Assembly (NCBI GenBank): GCA_039621445.1 | Contig: CP154954.1 | Coordinates: 39,083,816-39,147,815 of the forward strand | Origin: Euglena gracilis | Lineage: Eukaryota | Direction: 5' to 3' | DNA: 64,000 nt | Part shown: one piece after another, positions 60,777 through 64,000 of the stretch | How positions within the stretch are numbered: the stretch's first letter is position 1 | How the letters are laid out: the number at the start of each line of letters is the position of its first letter | Notes under the pieces: generated by a model | What the model was told of the DNA's origin: nothing | Database searches by the model: none | The model's input: the letters and a program-made list of their open reading frames with translations, nothing else | Translations under genes and position numbers: made by a program

Positions 60777-63141
60777 ATGCTGACCGAAGTGGACTCCACC
60801 GACACGCTCCGACTGCTTGGTACCCCTGTCCCGGCCTCGTTCGACCACGACACCTGCGTTGTGCTGCCCCCCACTGCGGTGGCCTGGGCCCTCAGCCACA
60901 AGGCCCGCAACCGGCTGCAGCACGCGCTCAACGGCAACCCACCCCCGACGCAACGCCCCGGCCTCCTCGACCGGCAGCAGCTGCAGAAGCTGCAGGAGGC
61001 GGGCAAGCTGCGTGCGGCTGGCTGGACGCTTCCCGCCGCTGTCGACAACAAGCTGCCGGTGCGGGTGTACGACACTCGCATCCCGAAGGAGTGGCTGCTG
61101 CAGCTGGCAGCCGACCTCCGAAGCCTGGACGAGTCCGACCAGGCTTGGGTGGTGCGAGGCGATTTCGCCTCGGGAGCCGACCTGACCGATGCGGACGTCG
61201 CGGCGTGCCCCGACACGAAGCGATGGTCCGACGAGCCCCGCCATCTGGTGATCCCGCCGCGACCTCACCTGCGGGAGCTGGTCTTGGCCCTGCGGCGGCG
61301 CGCCGAGGTGGAACACCCAGCGTCGCTGATCTCTTTGGAGGTCCTCGTGGATCGCCACCGGTGCCCTGCCGACTTGGACGTGGCCGCCTTGCGTCCCCAG
61401 CTTGGAGAGGCTGCCGCCCTGTTCGACGACCCCCGCTTGCAGGTGGAGGTGGTGGCCTTGGCTGAGCGTGCGCCGGTGCTGCGCATCCCCGCCACGGTGA
61501 AGTGCTTGCCGCCTGAGAAGTGGGAGCCGGGGTTCCTGCCCCGCAGTCAAGTGCTGCTCTTCCTCAACCTGCGGCGCCCCGCGGCTGAGGTGGAGGTGGC
61601 CAACCGCTGGGTGCGGGGGACACTCCCCGACCCGGAGCCGAGCGGCTTGGAGCTGCTGCGGGTGGAGTTCCAGCTGCCACCGACAGTGCGGCAACGGAAT
61701 GCGGAGCGTGAGCTGCGGCGCGCGCTGGGCAAGCTGGCTGGCGCGGTGGGCGTGGTGTTCGGGGCGGCCCATCGCGTGCAGGGTCTGCAGACCCTACACA
61801 GTGGCTAGGTCCTCGCCATCCTCGTCGTGCCGCGGGCGGAAGCGCTGGTGTGGATGCGCGGCAGCGGCAGTGGCGGCCTGTTCATTCGGCCGTTCTGGAC
61901 GAAGGAGACGGCACCAGCCTTGCAGCGGGAGCAGTTCAACCTGCTGTACCTGCGAGGCCGGAGGGCGGATGCCGCAGCGCTGTGGGACGCCCTTCACGAC
62001 GTGCCGGGTGTCGTCGGTCTTCTCCCTGCGGAGAAGGACCTCGCGGTGCGGATCAGCGTGCGGGGTGGGGCAGACCCTGCGGTCATCCAGGGGAAGGTCC
62101 GCGCGGTGCTGAACGACCCCAATGCGGCCCTGCGGCAGACCAGGCCTGGGGCGTCGTGGTGGAGGCTGGGCCCCCTGACGGACGCCGACGTCTTCCGAGT
62201 GCGGGAGCTCATCGCGATGGTGGGCTTGGACCCTCTCCGGGGTGAAGTGCGTCTCGGTGCTGCGGGGCCATTCCGCCGGGTGGCCTTCTTCCAAGCGGCT
62301 GGGCAGCCAACGCGGACCTCCCTGGACGATGGTGGCTGGGGGCAGCGGTCCTGCAGTGCGCAGTTGTCTCCGGCCAGTCCTCCACAACGACGCCCGCCGA
62401 CTGCACGTACTCCGTCAACTGCCCGGCCAGCTCCCTCGCAGAGCTCTGCAGCGCCTGGCCTGCCATCCTCGTCGACCTGGGGTGGTGCGCGGAAGATTTC
62501 CGCTCCGCGGCAGGCCCCCGCCACCAACCATCGACAGTCACCACCGTCGCAGCCGTCGCGGGCGCCACGACCGCCGGATCCTGGCCAATGTCCGGCATCT
62601 CTACTGCCAGCACCAGGTTGTCGTGCTGCTCGCCGTGCGGCCAAGAAAGCGTCGGTCACCGAGATCGTCCCCTTCGTGGCTCCGGCTTCCCCCTCGTCAT
62701 CCCCCTTGGATGCTGTGCTGGCAGAGATGCGGGCTCTGCGCCAGGCTATGGAGCGGCAGCAGTGGCAGCTGGAGGAGCTGCGCCGGGAGAACGCCGACCT
62801 GCGGGCCCAGCTCGCCGCGTCGTGACGGGGGCATGCGGTGGGCACGCCGAGCACTTCCACATCAGCCGTACGCCCTCCCGTCTCCTGCTGGTGTCCCTGT
62901 CCCTCATCGGCCGGATGCTGCGGCGCTTTTGAGCCAGGATGAGCGGGTGGCGGCCGAGCTGGCGGCAGCCCCGAAAACTCCTCGAGGACAGGTGGTGCCC
63001 TGTGGAGGTGCCCTGCCGATGGAGGGCCCGGAGGAGGACAGCCGCGGTCGCACTCGGGATGCTGGCGAGCTCACCCCGGAGAAGCCGGCGCTGAAGAAGC
63101 CAGTGCGCGCTGCCTCGGAGGGGGCGCGGCGCGATGCCTGA
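60777..63141 (+). pseudogene. LINE ORF1 (one in-frame TAG at 61806-61808, frameshift near 62825-62860)
   Basis: ORFs 60567-61808 and 61827-62825 are in the same frame. Coiled-coil LDAVLAEMRALRQ...LRRENADLRAQL. Tail in ORF 62242-63141. Confidence 0.65.
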
Positions 63142-64000
63142 GAACTTGCTGTCGGGGGCTGCTGCCCCCCCTGGAGGAGTCCCGGCCTCGGTGCTGCGGG
63201 TCGCGACCTGGAACATGAGCCACTGGACGGCTGCGAAGGTGTCCATGGTGGCTGCTTTGGTGTCGGCTGACGTGCTGGCGGTGCAGGAGACGCACCTGGC
63301 GCAGGTGCCGCTGCTCTCCGCCCACACGACAGCGGCAAATGCTGGTCTTCATCTGCACCATGGGCGTCCTGTGCAGTCGACCAACCGCTCCGAGCACGGG
63401 AAGTCTTGCGGCGTGGGCTTCCTCTGGCGCCAGGACATCGCCGTCCTCCCTGCCATGCCGGCCTGCCCCGCATGGCGTCGCCTGCACGCGATGCGACGAC
63501 TGCATGGAGTGCGTCTCGCCCCACGTCCCGGACTGCCGCTGGGGCTGCTCTTGCTGTCCGTCTACGCGCCACTCGCACACCAAGCAGAGCGCCGCCCCTT
63601 CGACCTGGAGTTCGCAGCGCTGGTCTTCGCCCTGGACATGCAGGTGCCCACGCTGCTGCTGGGCGACTTCAATGGGTCCCTGAGCCCAGCAACCGACTTC
63701 CTCAACTCCGGCCGCCGCCCTCCCTGCAGCCTGCTCGCCGATCTCCTTGGCCCTGGTCGTCCCTGGGTGGATGTCCATCGACTGCTGCTGCCGGCGCCAC
63801 TGCCCTTCACGTACCACCAGCCCGGCTCTGGTGGATCGACAATGGCATCACGGATCGATCTGGTCCTGGCCAACATCGCGGCGATGCGGCTGGTTCGGGA
63901 GGCCTCGGTCCTCGAGGGGCTCAATGACGGCGGCCATTGCCCTGTGCTGGTGTCTTTGTCCCTCGACGCGGGCCGCATTGACTGGCAGCCGCCTCGCCCC
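63134..64000 (+). CDS. LINE ORF2 N-terminus: APE/EEP endonuclease (open to window end; absent from the ORF track)
   Basis: Translation from ATG 63134: VATWNM, DVLAVQETHL, GVG, LSVYAP, LLGDFNG, FTY, RIDLVLAN, DGGHCPV. Confidence 0.92.
   Translation, partial: MPENLLSGAAAPPGGVPASVLRVATWNMSHWTAAKVSMVAALVSADVLAVQETHLAQVPLLSAHTTAANAGLHLHHGRPVQSTNRSEHGKSCGVGFLWRQDIAVLPAMPACPAWRRLHAMRRLHGVRLAPRPGLPLGLLLLSVYAPLAHQAERRPFDLEFAALVFALDMQVPTLLLGDFNGSLSPATDFLNSGRRPPCSLLADLLGPGRPWVDVHRLLLPAPLPFTYHQPGSGGSTMASRIDLVLANIAAMRLVREASVLEGLNDGGHCPVLVSLSLDAGRIDWQPPRP

Larger units (their letters stand above)
60730..64000 (+). mobile_element. GC-rich APE-type non-LTR retrotransposon (LINE), 5' part, runs off window
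   Basis: Abrupt GC/CpG rise near 60730, then ORF1 and an ORF2 beginning with an apurinic-endonuclease domain. Confidence 0.85.

Noticed and set aside
60525..63978. Long minus-strand ORFs over the LINE
   Set aside because: Antisense shadows of GC-rich plus-strand coding sequence, with no motifs.

Overview
Eukaryotic, gene-free, repeat-dense window (host probably a protist; not determinable from sequence). It holds two arrays of a 78-79 bp satellite (1-11413 and 21910-30931) with higher-order structure. Each array is followed by a nest of DIRS1-type tyrosine-recombinase retrotransposons in at least four related sub-families, labelled A-D here. Family A (12877-17437 and 32395-36961) is full-length and near-intact: RT, RNase H, Dam-like methyltransferase, tyrosine recombinase (YR), inverted terminal repeats (ITRs) and an internal complementary region (ICR). 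It inserted into the YR gene of a family B element at a 4-bp GTCT core, and the empty site is visible at 45899-45902. About 2520-21905 recurs as about 21910-41425, a ~19.4-19.5 kb tandem duplication that may be an assembly/haplotype artefact. Downstream are compound microsatellites, a rearranged Ty3/Gypsy chromovirus-like remnant (integrase + chromodomain) with a long unknown 3' extra ORF and a polypurine tract, an inverted copy of a repeat that also flanks the satellite, two hAT-like MITEs, and the 5' part of a GC-rich APE-type non-LTR retrotransposon. The many long ORFs over the satellite are spurious. The most interesting signals are DIRS-into-DIRS integration beside a satellite (centromere-like layout), the nearly fully double-coded and extremely CpG-depleted DIRS body, and the extra ORF of the chromovirus.
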